From the IMG/VR virus record IMGVR_UViG_3300033406_000405, positions 1-46,645 of that record: a DNA stretch of 46,645 bases; one strand, 5' to 3'. Every line of letters starts with the position of its first letter. Position 1 is the stretch's first letter. The stretch is from a virus. Lineage: Duplodnaviria; Caudoviricetes. Below are positions 37,277 through 45,971 of this stretch, one piece after another. The position numbers and the translations under genes are program-made. The notes below the pieces were generated by a model, which saw only the letters and a list, made by a program, of their open reading frames with translations, was not told the DNA's origin and did not search any database.

Positions 37277-37488
37277 GAAGTTTTACCATCCGTAGTTGTC
37301 GTTGTGGTAGTCGTTTGTTGAGGTGTTTTATCAATTAAATCACCATTCATAAAAGAAAGGTTTGCTGTATTCACTTCTTTGGCGTAATCCTTTATGGTTG
37401 GATTACTTCTCTCCTCCAAAACTGTTTCCAAAGGTTTATGAGTAAAGGCTCCGATACATTTTCCGCGCGAGTTAAAGGCATACCACAT
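37273..37488 (-). CDS. Small phage tail-region hypothetical protein
   Basis: ATGA overlap with the next gene. AAGGAAGTG RBS-like sequence. Confidence 0.6.
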   Translation of the reverse strand: MWYAFNSRGKCIGAFTHKPLETVLEERSNPTIKDYAKEVNTANLSFMNGDLIDKTPQQTTTTTTTTDGKTS

Positions 37489-37622
37489 GAAACCACTTCC
37501 TTTTACATTTAATTACAGGACATTTAGAATAGTTATCGAAGATATTTAAAAGGCTAAAAAATTCAGCTATATGATCCGTTGGTTCAAATAGCAGCAAACT
37601 ATAGTCAAAGGATAAGAAAGAA

Positions 37623-38273
37623 ATGCATTTTACAGGGAGAATAATTGGTATAACGCTTATAGCGCTACTTGCTTTGGGAATTAGGATATATGCTTACATC
37701 TATTTTGACTTTCCACTTAGTGCGCCACCCATCGTAGGAGTTATTTGTTGTTTTATTGCTTGGTGGATGGGCAATCAGTATGATAAAGCTAAATTTTATT
37801 CAGAAAAAGACAGTTTGACGGGACTTTATAATCGGCGATTTATTGATAAGCTTTTTCCGACCCTTTTAGCTCAAATGGACAGAAGAAAAGCGAAATTAAG
37901 CATAAGCATATTAGATTGTGATAACTTTAAAGTCATTAATGATATGTATGGACATAAAAAAGGGGATTTGGTACTCCAAGAATTCTCAAGTTTACTTTTG
38001 TCTAAAACTCGAAAAAGTGATATAGTTGTTCGATGGGGCGGAGATGAATTTTTAATTGTTGCCCCTTTTGCCGATGAGAAACACACGGAAGTAATTATTG
38101 GTCGATATACACATGCGTTACAAGAACTATCCTCAAAATTACAGTTAGAAATTTCCTGTTCAAGTGGATATGCGATATATCCTACAGATGCGAAAGATAT
38201 GGAAAGCCTAATACAAATTGCAGATAGGAAGATGTATAACCATAAGATAGGATCAAGGGGAAAACTAACTTAA
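37623..38273 (+). CDS. Membrane-anchored diguanylate cyclase (moron)
   Basis: Two TM segments, DSLTGLYNRR, DCDNFKVINDMYGHKKGD, I-site RKSD, intact GGDEF, ADRKMY. Confidence 0.95.
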   Translation: MHFTGRIIGITLIALLALGIRIYAYIYFDFPLSAPPIVGVICCFIAWWMGNQYDKAKFYSEKDSLTGLYNRRFIDKLFPTLLAQMDRRKAKLSISILDCDNFKVINDMYGHKKGDLVLQEFSSLLLSKTRKSDIVVRWGGDEFLIVAPFADEKHTEVIIGRYTHALQELSSKLQLEISCSSGYAIYPTDAKDMESLIQIADRKMYNHKIGSRGKLT

Positions 38274-38276
38274 ACG

Positions 38277-38315
38277 AACGAGGGTTCCGCAACTTAGCGG
38301 TATCCTCGTTTTTTT
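38277..38315 (+). terminator. Intrinsic terminator of the DGC gene
   Basis: AACGAGGGTTCCGC...GCGGTATCCTCG followed by T7. Confidence 0.8.
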
Positions 38316-38322
38316 CCAATAG

Positions 38323-39102
38323 TCAACTAATCTCTATACTTCTATCCCGGCAACAGTTCGCCCGCTGCCACCCACTACCTTTAAGCTGCATCTTAAAGGT
38401 ATGCGTGCCAGCAGCTAAACTCAAGGATTGACTGATAGATCTGCTATAAATCTTACCCGCTGCTAACCGTGCCGCCCATATATCTTCCGTTACAGTATAA
38501 CCACCACTACTCCCGGAATTCCAACCTGTAGTCTGGTAAAAATAGCAGGCTTGCGTTTCGTCATCCACCAGCACCCGCCCTTCTACATGTGAATCACCAT
38601 CATCATTATAGAATTTTATCGCATACTCAATCGTGATGGTTCGGTTTTCCGGTAAGACTACGCTTAAGCTACTCGACACATCCGTCCAACTTCCCCAAAA
38701 GCCATCGGTATATAGATTGGTTTTGGATAAATTGAGATAACCATCATTGCTATTCGCTACGGCGTAGGTAGTGCTGCTTTTAATGATTCTTAAATTCGAG
38801 GCATTATCGCTATCCACATCACAAAGTCTGGCATATAGGACTTCATTATCATTATCTTTATCCCTGACACAAATATAGGTACTTCCCACATAAAACACAT
38901 CGCTATATAACGGTATGGTATATGTGGTATCGTCTTTTAAGTAATATATCTTCTTGCTCGTAGACGTTGCCGTCACTTTTCGTTTGGTATCCACATAGAT
39001 ACTTACGGCATTCTTGTTTTGCCGGAGCGTATCCACATTAATAGAGACGGATTTTTTTATTTGCCTGAGTGTATCCGATTTTATCGAGACTGACGTTGAC
39101 AT
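38323..39102 (-). CDS. Tail fiber-associated protein with N-terminal 14-aa repeats
   Basis: VSIKSDTLRQ / VSINVDTLRQ / VSIYVDTKRK. C-terminal beta-sandwich (SLAAGTHTFKMQLK). Confidence 0.55.
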   Translation of the reverse strand: MSTSVSIKSDTLRQIKKSVSINVDTLRQNKNAVSIYVDTKRKVTATSTSKKIYYLKDDTTYTIPLYSDVFYVGSTYICVRDKDNDNEVLYARLCDVDSDNASNLRIIKSSTTYAVANSNDGYLNLSKTNLYTDGFWGSWTDVSSSLSVVLPENRTITIEYAIKFYNDDGDSHVEGRVLVDDETQACYFYQTTGWNSGSSGGYTVTEDIWAARLAAGKIYSRSISQSLSLAAGTHTFKMQLKGSGWQRANCCRDRSIEIS

Positions 39103-39115
39103 ACCATCACCTGCC

Positions 39116-39718
39116 TTACGAAGTCGCTACTATGGTCGTTGCCACATTAAAATTAACGGTCTTATCATGCAACGTCAATTCGCTGGAAGCGGATTTGTAT
39201 TTTGCATAAAACAGGGTATTGGTTACTGTAATCGTACTGGTAATGGTTAATGCCGCTCCATAATCCTTCCAGGTAGACCCGTCAGCCGATAAGGCCCAAT
39301 AACTTGAGGTAGTGCCGTCCGGAGTAATAACGGTACTACCTGTTGTTTCATAGCCGGTTTCCGTTCGTATCGCCAAAGTAATCGTCCCGGACTCATTACC
39401 AGCCGTTACGCTGCTAGAATAGGTGATCGGGCTGGATTCATTCGCCACGCTTTTCACCGTGGCTGAGGAACTATGCGCAACCGTTAGCGCATCCGAAAGG
39501 GTAATGATATTGGTATCATAGTCCAAGCTGGATATGGTCGCTATTTCCGAATCAATTTTAATTTTTAACCCTGTATAAAAATTTGTAGCGTCATCTACCG
39601 TGATTGTCGTTTCGCTAATCGCGGCAGCTGACGCTAATGTTGTTGAAATCTCTTCACTTACTTCTGTGCCGTCCGTACCGCCGGACGTTGGGCTATCGGT
39701 ATACACATGAATATACAA
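39116..39718 (-). CDS. Thr/Ser-rich virion structural protein
   Basis: PTSGGTDGTEVS...LAIRTETGYET...WALSADG. AAGGAGGGG RBS before TTG. Confidence 0.55.
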   Translation of the reverse strand: MYIHVYTDSPTSGGTDGTEVSEEISTTLASAAAISETTITVDDATNFYTGLKIKIDSEIATISSLDYDTNIITLSDALTVAHSSSATVKSVANESSPITYSSSVTAGNESGTITLAIRTETGYETTGSTVITPDGTTSSYWALSADGSTWKDYGAALTITSTITVTNTLFYAKYKSASSELTLHDKTVNFNVATTIVATS

Positions 39719-39734
39719 TGTATGCCCCTCCTTT

Positions 39735-40040
39735 CTACGCTATCCAGATATTGCCCCCGCAATTGGAGGTGGGAATATTGTAAGCCGTCCCGGTTGTATC
39801 CACCGTCAGATTGCCTTCCGAATCTAATACCGGCAAATTATTGGCCGTATTAGTGGCGTGATACCCGTCCACCTTATCCGCATCGAAGTTTTCCAATAGC
39901 GTAGGAACTTGCGTATCCAAAAGATTATTTAAGCAGGCATAAATATGTTCAATTTCTTTTTTCAATTTTTCGGCTTGGGTATACTCATTATCTCCGTCTT
40001 CACTATCATGTTCCAATGGATATAAAGGTGAATAACTCAT
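39735..40040 (-). CDS. Short tail fiber-like protein
   Basis: FDADKVDGYHA motif of phage fiber shafts. Follows the nozzle gene. Confidence 0.55.
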   Translation of the reverse strand: MSYSPLYPLEHDSEDGDNEYTQAEKLKKEIEHIYACLNNLLDTQVPTLLENFDADKVDGYHATNTANNLPVLDSEGNLTVDTTGTAYNIPTSNCGGNIWIA

Positions 40041-40053
40041 ATGATCTCCCCCT

Positions 40054-42123
40054 TTACAGTTCCGCTATTACTAACGAAATATTTCTGATTTTCACTAGGC
40101 CTTTAGTAACCTTAATTGTTATATCGAAATCAGTTACATTAAAATTCGGTTTACGGTCAATTACCACTAATCCATTCACCCATATTGGCGAGTTGCTATT
40201 ATAGACTGCATCTGTATTGTTATATATAGAGGGTGAGTTAGAGGTTAATGTTATCGTTTCCTCATACTTGCCAATCTTGATGTAACAAATCGTATCCTTG
40301 ATGCAGTAAAACTCCATATGAATGCGGCTGATGTTAAATTCATTATCATTTCGAAACCGTTTGGATTTATAGACCGAGGTAACATAGTCCTCATCTTCTT
40401 TATCACTTAAGGGATTTAAGAGATAAATGGATGAGCCCATAGCAACATACACGGCGTTTTGAAACGTGGCTATGTCGTTGATTGGGCTATTAAACTTTCG
40501 GACGCTGTAGGCATTCCGCAAAAAGTTATATACATAAATGGTGCCGCTGTTATCTACTTTAAGCCAAAGTTGTTTTAAAGAAGGTAAATACCACATCCGA
40601 GCTGCTGCATTATTGCAGGCAATCTTATCGATCTTGGCCCCAATGTCACTGGCTTTTACCGAACCGTATTCAACAACGGTCCCTAAATCTTTAAGGCCGT
40701 ACTGCCCATAAAAATAAGCATTATTTCCCGACTGTACCGCGCAAAAGCGGTTCTGACAGTGGGCATTATCGCTGACGCTATATACGGATTGATTGGGGTA
40801 ATCGCCTTCGATACGAAATATCTTTCCATTATTTTTAAAGACAACAATATCCGCACTGAGCATGACAACCGCGGTAATAAATCCGTCATCCTTATAACCT
40901 ATCTTCACCTTTGCCGCATCACTATCTGTATGGGTATACGTGGTGCTGTTCGTTGTCGGCGGATCTGTGCCGAGGTTATAGGTCGAGCCGTCATCCGTCC
41001 ATGACGTGTCGGTGGTGGTTTTGAGGAGCGTGAGTTCCTCCTCCGTCCGGCCGTAGATTTTATATTTCACCGCATCGGTAATCGCTGACCAGCTTAGTTT
41101 TACACCACCGGTTTCCGTCAGGGTAATTTCCTGCACTTCCGAAGCGGCGGTTTCCGCATATACCGGATCACTACCGGCGGTAGCCGTATTTTTTACCGCT
41201 GATACTTTGTATTGATATATCCCCGAACCTTCTTCGTTATTGATCACAGTCCCCAGGGCTTCGGTGTCCCCATAATCATAGACTAACTGATCTTTAGACC
41301 CGCGTTTATTAGCGGTAAAGGTCAGCACATTACTGCTTCTCGCAACAGTCCAGCCGTCATAATCATTCCCGGTAGCAATCTTTTGGGCTACGGTAGAAGC
41401 TGAATCATCTTCATCTATAGAAACGGTATAGGCTGTATCTCCATCAAAGGTGAGAGTAACATCCCCTGCGGCAGACGCGGAATCGTAAATAGTTAGTACA
41501 TCCACATGATAAGCTGTCTCTAAAGAGCCATCCGTAGTTGCCGCCAGAGTAATTTTTGTCGGGTTGGTTATACCTGAAGCACTGGCAAATATCCAGTCGG
41601 TTATATCCCCAATTCCGCAGTAATAGAAATAGTCGTTTTTGGCATTGTAGACGATCACCCGGCCATCTTTAACAAAGGCGGCGTCCGCCTCCGGGGCATC
41701 ATCATCGTCAAGTGTCTGCAATCCGCTGTCTGTATCCTTTTTATCGTAATATTGAATGGCCCCGCCGGAACACACCACTATCTTTTTATCAAAACGGCAG
41801 TAGCTAGGAAGTTTACTTCCTGATAAGGTATAGGTCGCTAAGATACTGGATAGGTCGGTTATATATAAACTCCCGCTGCTCGAAAAAAACAAATCGCCGT
41901 CTCCTTTAGAAAACAGCGTTTCAATGTCTCCACCCGAGAAGGTATATACTTTTCGAAGGCCGCCGCTGGATACCAGCATCCCGGAGGAATTCAGTTCAAA
42001 GTTTTCTAACCGCTGGGATTCTGTTTGTCCTAATTGGTCCGGTGTTACCGCATAGTTAAGGCCGCCAGTAAAATCATTGATGGTAAGCACCGTTTCGTTA
42101 TCATGTTTAGCTGACCGCTTCAT
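40054..42123 (-). CDS. Tail nozzle / tubular protein (P22 gp10 or T7 gp12-like beta-propeller) with inserted beta-sandwich domains
   Basis: N-terminal INDFTGGLN, propeller blades (IVVFKNNGKIFRIEG, NNAYFYGQYGL). Follows the adaptors. Confidence 0.7.
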   Translation of the reverse strand: MKRSAKHDNETVLTINDFTGGLNYAVTPDQLGQTESQRLENFELNSSGMLVSSGGLRKVYTFSGGDIETLFSKGDGDLFFSSSGSLYITDLSSILATYTLSGSKLPSYCRFDKKIVVCSGGAIQYYDKKDTDSGLQTLDDDDAPEADAAFVKDGRVIVYNAKNDYFYYCGIGDITDWIFASASGITNPTKITLAATTDGSLETAYHVDVLTIYDSASAAGDVTLTFDGDTAYTVSIDEDDSASTVAQKIATGNDYDGWTVARSSNVLTFTANKRGSKDQLVYDYGDTEALGTVINNEEGSGIYQYKVSAVKNTATAGSDPVYAETAASEVQEITLTETGGVKLSWSAITDAVKYKIYGRTEEELTLLKTTTDTSWTDDGSTYNLGTDPPTTNSTTYTHTDSDAAKVKIGYKDDGFITAVVMLSADIVVFKNNGKIFRIEGDYPNQSVYSVSDNAHCQNRFCAVQSGNNAYFYGQYGLKDLGTVVEYGSVKASDIGAKIDKIACNNAAARMWYLPSLKQLWLKVDNSGTIYVYNFLRNAYSVRKFNSPINDIATFQNAVYVAMGSSIYLLNPLSDKEDEDYVTSVYKSKRFRNDNEFNISRIHMEFYCIKDTICYIKIGKYEETITLTSNSPSIYNNTDAVYNSNSPIWVNGLVVIDRKPNFNVTDFDITIKVTKGLVKIRNISLVIAEL

Positions 42124-42593
42124 TAGCTGCCACCACCTTGCAGTAAGCCCAGGTGTTTTTCAAACAAGGCAATGTCTTGGGTTGCATCAAACTCATTCCG
42201 GTTCAAAGCGTATATGGCCGTTAGTTCTATAAGTAAAGGGTCAATGCTGGCCTTGAATGGGTTGCTGTCTGTAGTTACGCTCACATGGTCTTTCGTAGCA
42301 TAATACCTCATGGTTGCTGTGGATCCTGATAACGTTTTGATGGTATCGCCCTCCATGTAAAGCATTTGAGCGCCTACGAAACTATCAAAGTTATCCGGTT
42401 TGGTTATGCTTCCGTCTGCGACTTCCTTAGAAGCAATCATTTCAGCATCGTTGATACGGATTAAAAATGAGGACATATAGTCTATGGCCTCATTTAAACA
42501 ATCAATGAGTTCTTCGTTAGGGTACTCCGTGGTTGTTGTATCCCGGATTTTCTTTCTTACGGCGGAAAGTAAGGTACTAACTTTTGTCGCCAT
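42123..42593 (-). CDS. Head-tail adaptor-like protein, paralog 1
   Basis: LLSAVRKKIRD...YPNEELIDCLNEAIDYM...LLIELTAIYAL. Confidence 0.7.
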   Translation of the reverse strand: MATKVSTLLSAVRKKIRDTTTTEYPNEELIDCLNEAIDYMSSFLIRINDAEMIASKEVADGSITKPDNFDSFVGAQMLYMEGDTIKTLSGSTATMRYYATKDHVSVTTDSNPFKASIDPLLIELTAIYALNRNEFDATQDIALFEKHLGLLQGGGS

Positions 42594-42596
42594 TCA

Positions 42597-43067
42597 CTAC
42601 ACCTGCCTTGCCTGCGTCATCATATCATTCAGTTGCTTTAGCATTACCGAATCCTGATCGATGGTTTTTCCCATTTTATTAATGGCGGCTATAGCCGCAT
42701 ACTGCACCAGGACATTTTTATATTGGTCGGGAAAATCGATGGTTCCCGTCCAGGCGGTAATCGGTGATTTGACCGCCCAATACTTAGCTGTTACGGAATC
42801 TAAATCCAGAAGTAACGAAAATCCGGTACCGATTCTTTTTATAGGATATTGGCCCACGAATTTCACAAAGCCCGTAGGCAATGTGGTATCTTCGTTAAAG
42901 GTTGCTTCCGTTATCATAATTGGGTCTTTAAAGGCAATAAGCTGGTTACTTAGCCAGCTTATTGCTTCGTTTACATATATGAGTAAAAGGTCATCGTCAC
43001 CGATGGCTATTTTACCTTCGTCCCGTATACGGACACGAAGGTCAGGTAATAGGTCGAAACCAGTAAT
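42597..43067 (-). CDS. Head-tail adaptor-like protein, paralog 2 (156 aa, ATT start)
   Basis: The open frame extends 50 codons upstream of the ORF-track ATG (ITGFDLLPDLRVRIRDEGK...LLLIYVNEAISWL). This is homologous to the N-terminus of paralog 1. GAAGGTGA RBS at 43073-43080 precedes ATT. Confidence 0.75.
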   Translation of the reverse strand: MTGFDLLPDLRVRIRDEGKIAIGDDDLLLIYVNEAISWLSNQLIAFKDPIMITEATFNEDTTLPTGFVKFVGQYPIKRIGTGFSLLLDLDSVTAKYWAVKSPITAWTGTIDFPDQYKNVLVQYAAIAAINKMGKTIDQDSVMLKQLNDMMTQARQV

Positions 43068-43279
43068 TTAGGTCACCTTCTCTCGTAATTTTTTATTTCA
43101 ACTTGCGATTATTTATACAGAGTTTTAAAGTATATTTGAGGGATTTATGCATTAAAAACTATGTATAAGCTGAATAAATGGTATAATAAAATACATGAGG
43201 CAGGAAAGACCCGTTGTTCCTGGGTTTCATCGTTTACAGAATGGAACATTATCGAACGTTGCATGTAATGATTGTATTT

Positions 43280-43885
43280 TTATCGTTTAAATAGTTTATC
43301 TTTATAGTAAGCTTCTGCTTGATATATCACTGCTAAAGGATTGTGCCCTAAAACTCTGTCTTTTACTGCAAAGACAGTTACTGGAGCTTCTGAATATTTA
43401 ATGAATAACGAATCATGTCCAACACATAAACCTAAAAGAATATTAAGGTCTGTTTTCGCTTCATTCAAAAACATAGCTTGCCCGATAGGGTTACACATAG
43501 CTACTTTTTCAGGTTCTATCACATCAATATACTCTTTAGATATATGACCATTTTTACAGATGACAGAATTTACTTCAAACCCATTGTGAGAAAGTACTTT
43601 GCTTAGCATTTTACTTTCATTAACTAACCCAATACAAAACGCAAGACCTATATTTTTGTAGCCACACTCATTTGCAAAATCCATGATTTCTTCCAATCTT
43701 GTATTTTTGCAATATCCTTGACTTGTTATTAAGGATGAAGCATGAGCTATTTTATATATATCTTCCTGTTTATATAATTCCTTTATTACTCCCATTTTTT
43801 CATTGATGCATGGACAATTTTTAGGAGCCTTATTTAATTCACCATTGCTACAGACGTGTACAGAGCATAAAGCACAATTATACAA
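43280..43885 (-). CDS. DUF1847-family Cys-rich putative metal-binding protein (moron)
   Basis: TRLEEIMDFA, IGLAFCIGL, SVICK, MCNPIGQA, GLCVGHDSLF, KDRVLGHNP. Low GC. Confidence 0.88.
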   Translation of the reverse strand: MYNCALCSVHVCSNGELNKAPKNCPCINEKMGVIKELYKQEDIYKIAHASSLITSQGYCKNTRLEEIMDFANECGYKNIGLAFCIGLVNESKMLSKVLSHNGFEVNSVICKNGHISKEYIDVIEPEKVAMCNPIGQAMFLNEAKTDLNILLGLCVGHDSLFIKYSEAPVTVFAVKDRVLGHNPLAVIYQAEAYYKDKLFKR

Positions 43886-43997
43886 AATAGTTCCTCCTCG
43901 TCAAATGTTAGTTAAGTATTATAATACTGCAGTTATGTATTATTTTCCTTTTGATAATATATCTGTTCTTCACATAAGGCTTTAATATAGGACATTA

Positions 43998-44025
43998 ACC
44001 CCCTGGAATGCTTAGTCCAGGGGGT
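43998..44025. terminator. Terminator-like hairpin
   Basis: ACCCCCTGGA-N8-TCCAGGGGGT just after the 44040 stop. Confidence 0.7.
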
Positions 44026-44039
44026 GTTTACTTAACGGT

Positions 44040-44507
44040 TTATTCTCGGACGCTAAAATCATTCCCTCTTTTCTTCCTCATATATCTACTTGATTTCGCT
44101 CCGTAGCAACCATCCATCAAAATATTTTCATTACTAAAGGTACTGGCCAGAGATAACACCTTTTGCTGCCACAATTGTTTCGCCTGTTCCTTGGTGGCGT
44201 AATCTCCGGGAGATAATAAGATTATGGCATATTCAATAATTAGGCTATTAAATTCTTCAGGGAAACCCATTTCCTCAAATTCCACTTCACCATCCGCATC
44301 TATAACCGTTTCCCCTTCTTCCAGCGGAAGATCATCTGTTTTCTGTTCCATAAAGGACAGGTGACTATAAAACTGGGTTGCTAAATTTCGCATTTCGGTA
44401 AGCGTTTCGTCCAAGGCATCTTGAACCTCATATTTGCTACAGGTGCTTTCATCCATGTCTTTGAGCTTAAGTCGTAGACGATAGATGATTTTATTTACGG
44501 CAGACAT
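44040..44507 (-). CDS. Head-tail adaptor-like protein, paralog 3
   Basis: IIYRLRLKLKD...EVQDALDETL...FPEEFNSLIIEYAII, the same pattern as paralogs 1 and 2. Confidence 0.6.
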   Translation of the reverse strand: MSAVNKIIYRLRLKLKDMDESTCSKYEVQDALDETLTEMRNLATQFYSHLSFMEQKTDDLPLEEGETVIDADGEVEFEEMGFPEEFNSLIIEYAIILLSPGDYATKEQAKQLWQQKVLSLASTFSNENILMDGCYGAKSSRYMRKKRGNDFSVRE

Positions 44508-44548
44508 CTATTCCACCACACTTTATAATAAATATCCCCCGGCCTAGC

Positions 44549-44946
44549 CGAGGCCACTGAAAAACTTTACTTTTAACGGAGCAAAGAACAAAGAGTACGA
44601 AACAGCAGACGGCCCTTATTCCCAATTTGGGGATAAGGGTCGTTATTACTTATCACTTACTGTATCAATTTTAATATTCTCTTTATATTTACAGCAAAGA
44701 TCGCCATTGCCCCCTGTAACTGCATACCAACAAGACCCGAAGACGATGCTACGTCATACCCGTGCCTGTGTTTGAGTTCACTGTTCTTTGCTTCAATCTT
44801 ATAGCGCTCCTTTGCCCTTTCCCTAAAGTACTCGCTTTCCTGGAAAGACATTTGTTCGGTGTGCTCACCCGAAAGGTATAGCCTCCTCATATTTTGAGGA
44901 ACTATACCTTTTTTAGTAGCAACGAGAGACTTTTTCAGCGGCCTCG
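44549..44946 (-). mobile_element. Internally deleted IS1182-family element (~400 bp, both terminal inverted repeats)
   Basis: TIRs CGAGGCCACTGAAAAA (44549-44564) and TTTTTCAGCGGCCTCG (44931-44946), 15/16 match. Contains only the transposase 3' end. Confidence 0.8.
44657..44875 (-). pseudogene. IS1182-family transposase C-terminal fragment
   Basis: ERYKIEAKNSELKHRHGY...GLVGMQLQGAMAIFAVNIKRI. An orphan GAGGAGG RBS (44882-44888) is joined directly to it. Confidence 0.85.
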
Positions 44947-44956
44947 CTCTAATCTG

Positions 44957-45150
44957 GTCATCATTTTTCCAAGCATGGAATCCTACGCCCGACTTGTGAC
45001 CAGTCACCTCATTGAGTACAGCGAAGACTAGTCCAGTGGACGTTCCTATATTAATCCCAAAATCATTACTGAGATTCAACTGCAATTAGCAAAGACTGCT
45101 TAACCTTTTCGGAGGAGCGAAGGTTTTTGCGAACTTTTCTTGACACTATC
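44957..45150 (+). pseudogene. IS256-family remnant: transposase C-terminus and right end
   Basis: VIIFPSMESYARLVTSHLIEYSED*SSGRSYI (44957-45103), with TAG where Trp is expected. Terminus ...TTTTGCGAACTTTTCTTGACACTATC. Confidence 0.75.
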
Positions 45151-45163
45151 CAGAAAAGAATAT

Positions 45164-45203
45164 TTATACTATATAATGCATACATATGCATTATATAGTA
45201 TAA
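45164..45203. repeat. Perfect 19-bp-arm AT-rich palindrome
   Basis: TTATACTATATAATGCATA-ca-TATGCATTATATAGTATAA. Confidence 0.8.
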
Positions 45204-45421
45204 TTAAAATATTTAATATAAGAAATTGAAGGCCTAAGAAGCTTGGCATTTGTTGGATTTCCTCATTTTTACCTACGAAGTGTTTTAAAACTAATATATT
45301 TATTCTATCGGAATCACGATAATAGAAAAGTGTCTTAAAAAATTATTTAGTGTGTTACTTAACACACTTTTTTTTATTCATAAGTGCAAAAATTAACAAA
45401 TTGTATGAGTTGTTACAACTA

Positions 45422-45450
45422 TTGACATTATAGTCAAAATTGATTAAATT
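45422..45450 (+). promoter_or_regulatory. sigmaA-like promoter of the secreted moron
   Basis: TTGACA-N17-TAAATT upstream of an AAAGGAG RBS. Confidence 0.55.
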
Positions 45451-45489
45451 CTATTTATCGGTAAAAGAATTTTAAAGGAGATAGTAGAT

Positions 45490-45882
45490 ATGAAAAAGAT
45501 ATTTGTATCCATTTTCATGGGGTTATTTATTTTTGGAGGAACAGCAAGCTTAAATATATGCAATGCAGCATCATTCCCTCAAGACATTGTTTCATGGCAT
45601 TATTTATCTGACGGTGACATGAAACAACGTATTGCAAGCACAATAACTGTTTCTAAAGATGTAGTTTCCTATTTTATAGAAAAAGGGTACGCACCGATGG
45701 ATATAGCAATGGCTGGATTATTAGCTGGTCAAAATTATAATGTCAATGTGCATATTAGCAATATAAGCGAAATATTGTCAAAGAAGGCTAGTAGTAACAC
45801 TTGGCAGGATATTGCTACTGCTATAGGAGTTGATCAAGAAACCTATAATCAATACATGGAGAGAGCAAAAAAACTAGTTTAA
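45490..45882 (+). CDS. Secreted helical protein (moron)
   Basis: Signal peptide MKKIFVSIFMGLFIFGG...CNA, DIAMAGLLA...TWQDIATAIGV. Opposite strand to the virion genes. Confidence 0.75.
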   Translation: MKKIFVSIFMGLFIFGGTASLNICNAASFPQDIVSWHYLSDGDMKQRIASTITVSKDVVSYFIEKGYAPMDIAMAGLLAGQNYNVNVHISNISEILSKKASSNTWQDIATAIGVDQETYNQYMERAKKLV

Positions 45883-45936
45883 ATCCTGCAGAACTATGCA
45901 TTTCGGTAGTTAACCCCATTTTTCACTGAATTCTAT

Positions 45937-45965
45937 ATAAGCCGGGGCTTTTCACCCCGGCTTAT
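45937..45965. terminator. Bidirectional terminator
   Basis: ATAAGCCGGGG-N7-CCCCGGCTTAT between convergent genes. Confidence 0.8.
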
Positions 45966-45971
45966 TTCTTT

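Noticed and set aside
44657-45085. 142-aa ORF as an intact transposase
   Set aside because: It reads through the antisense IS256 stump, the IS1182 TIR and its RBS. Only the last ~72 aa are transposase.
45382-45420. Rex operator upstream of the secreted moron
   Set aside because: Only partial matches to TTGTGAA-N4-TTCACAA in very AT-rich DNA.
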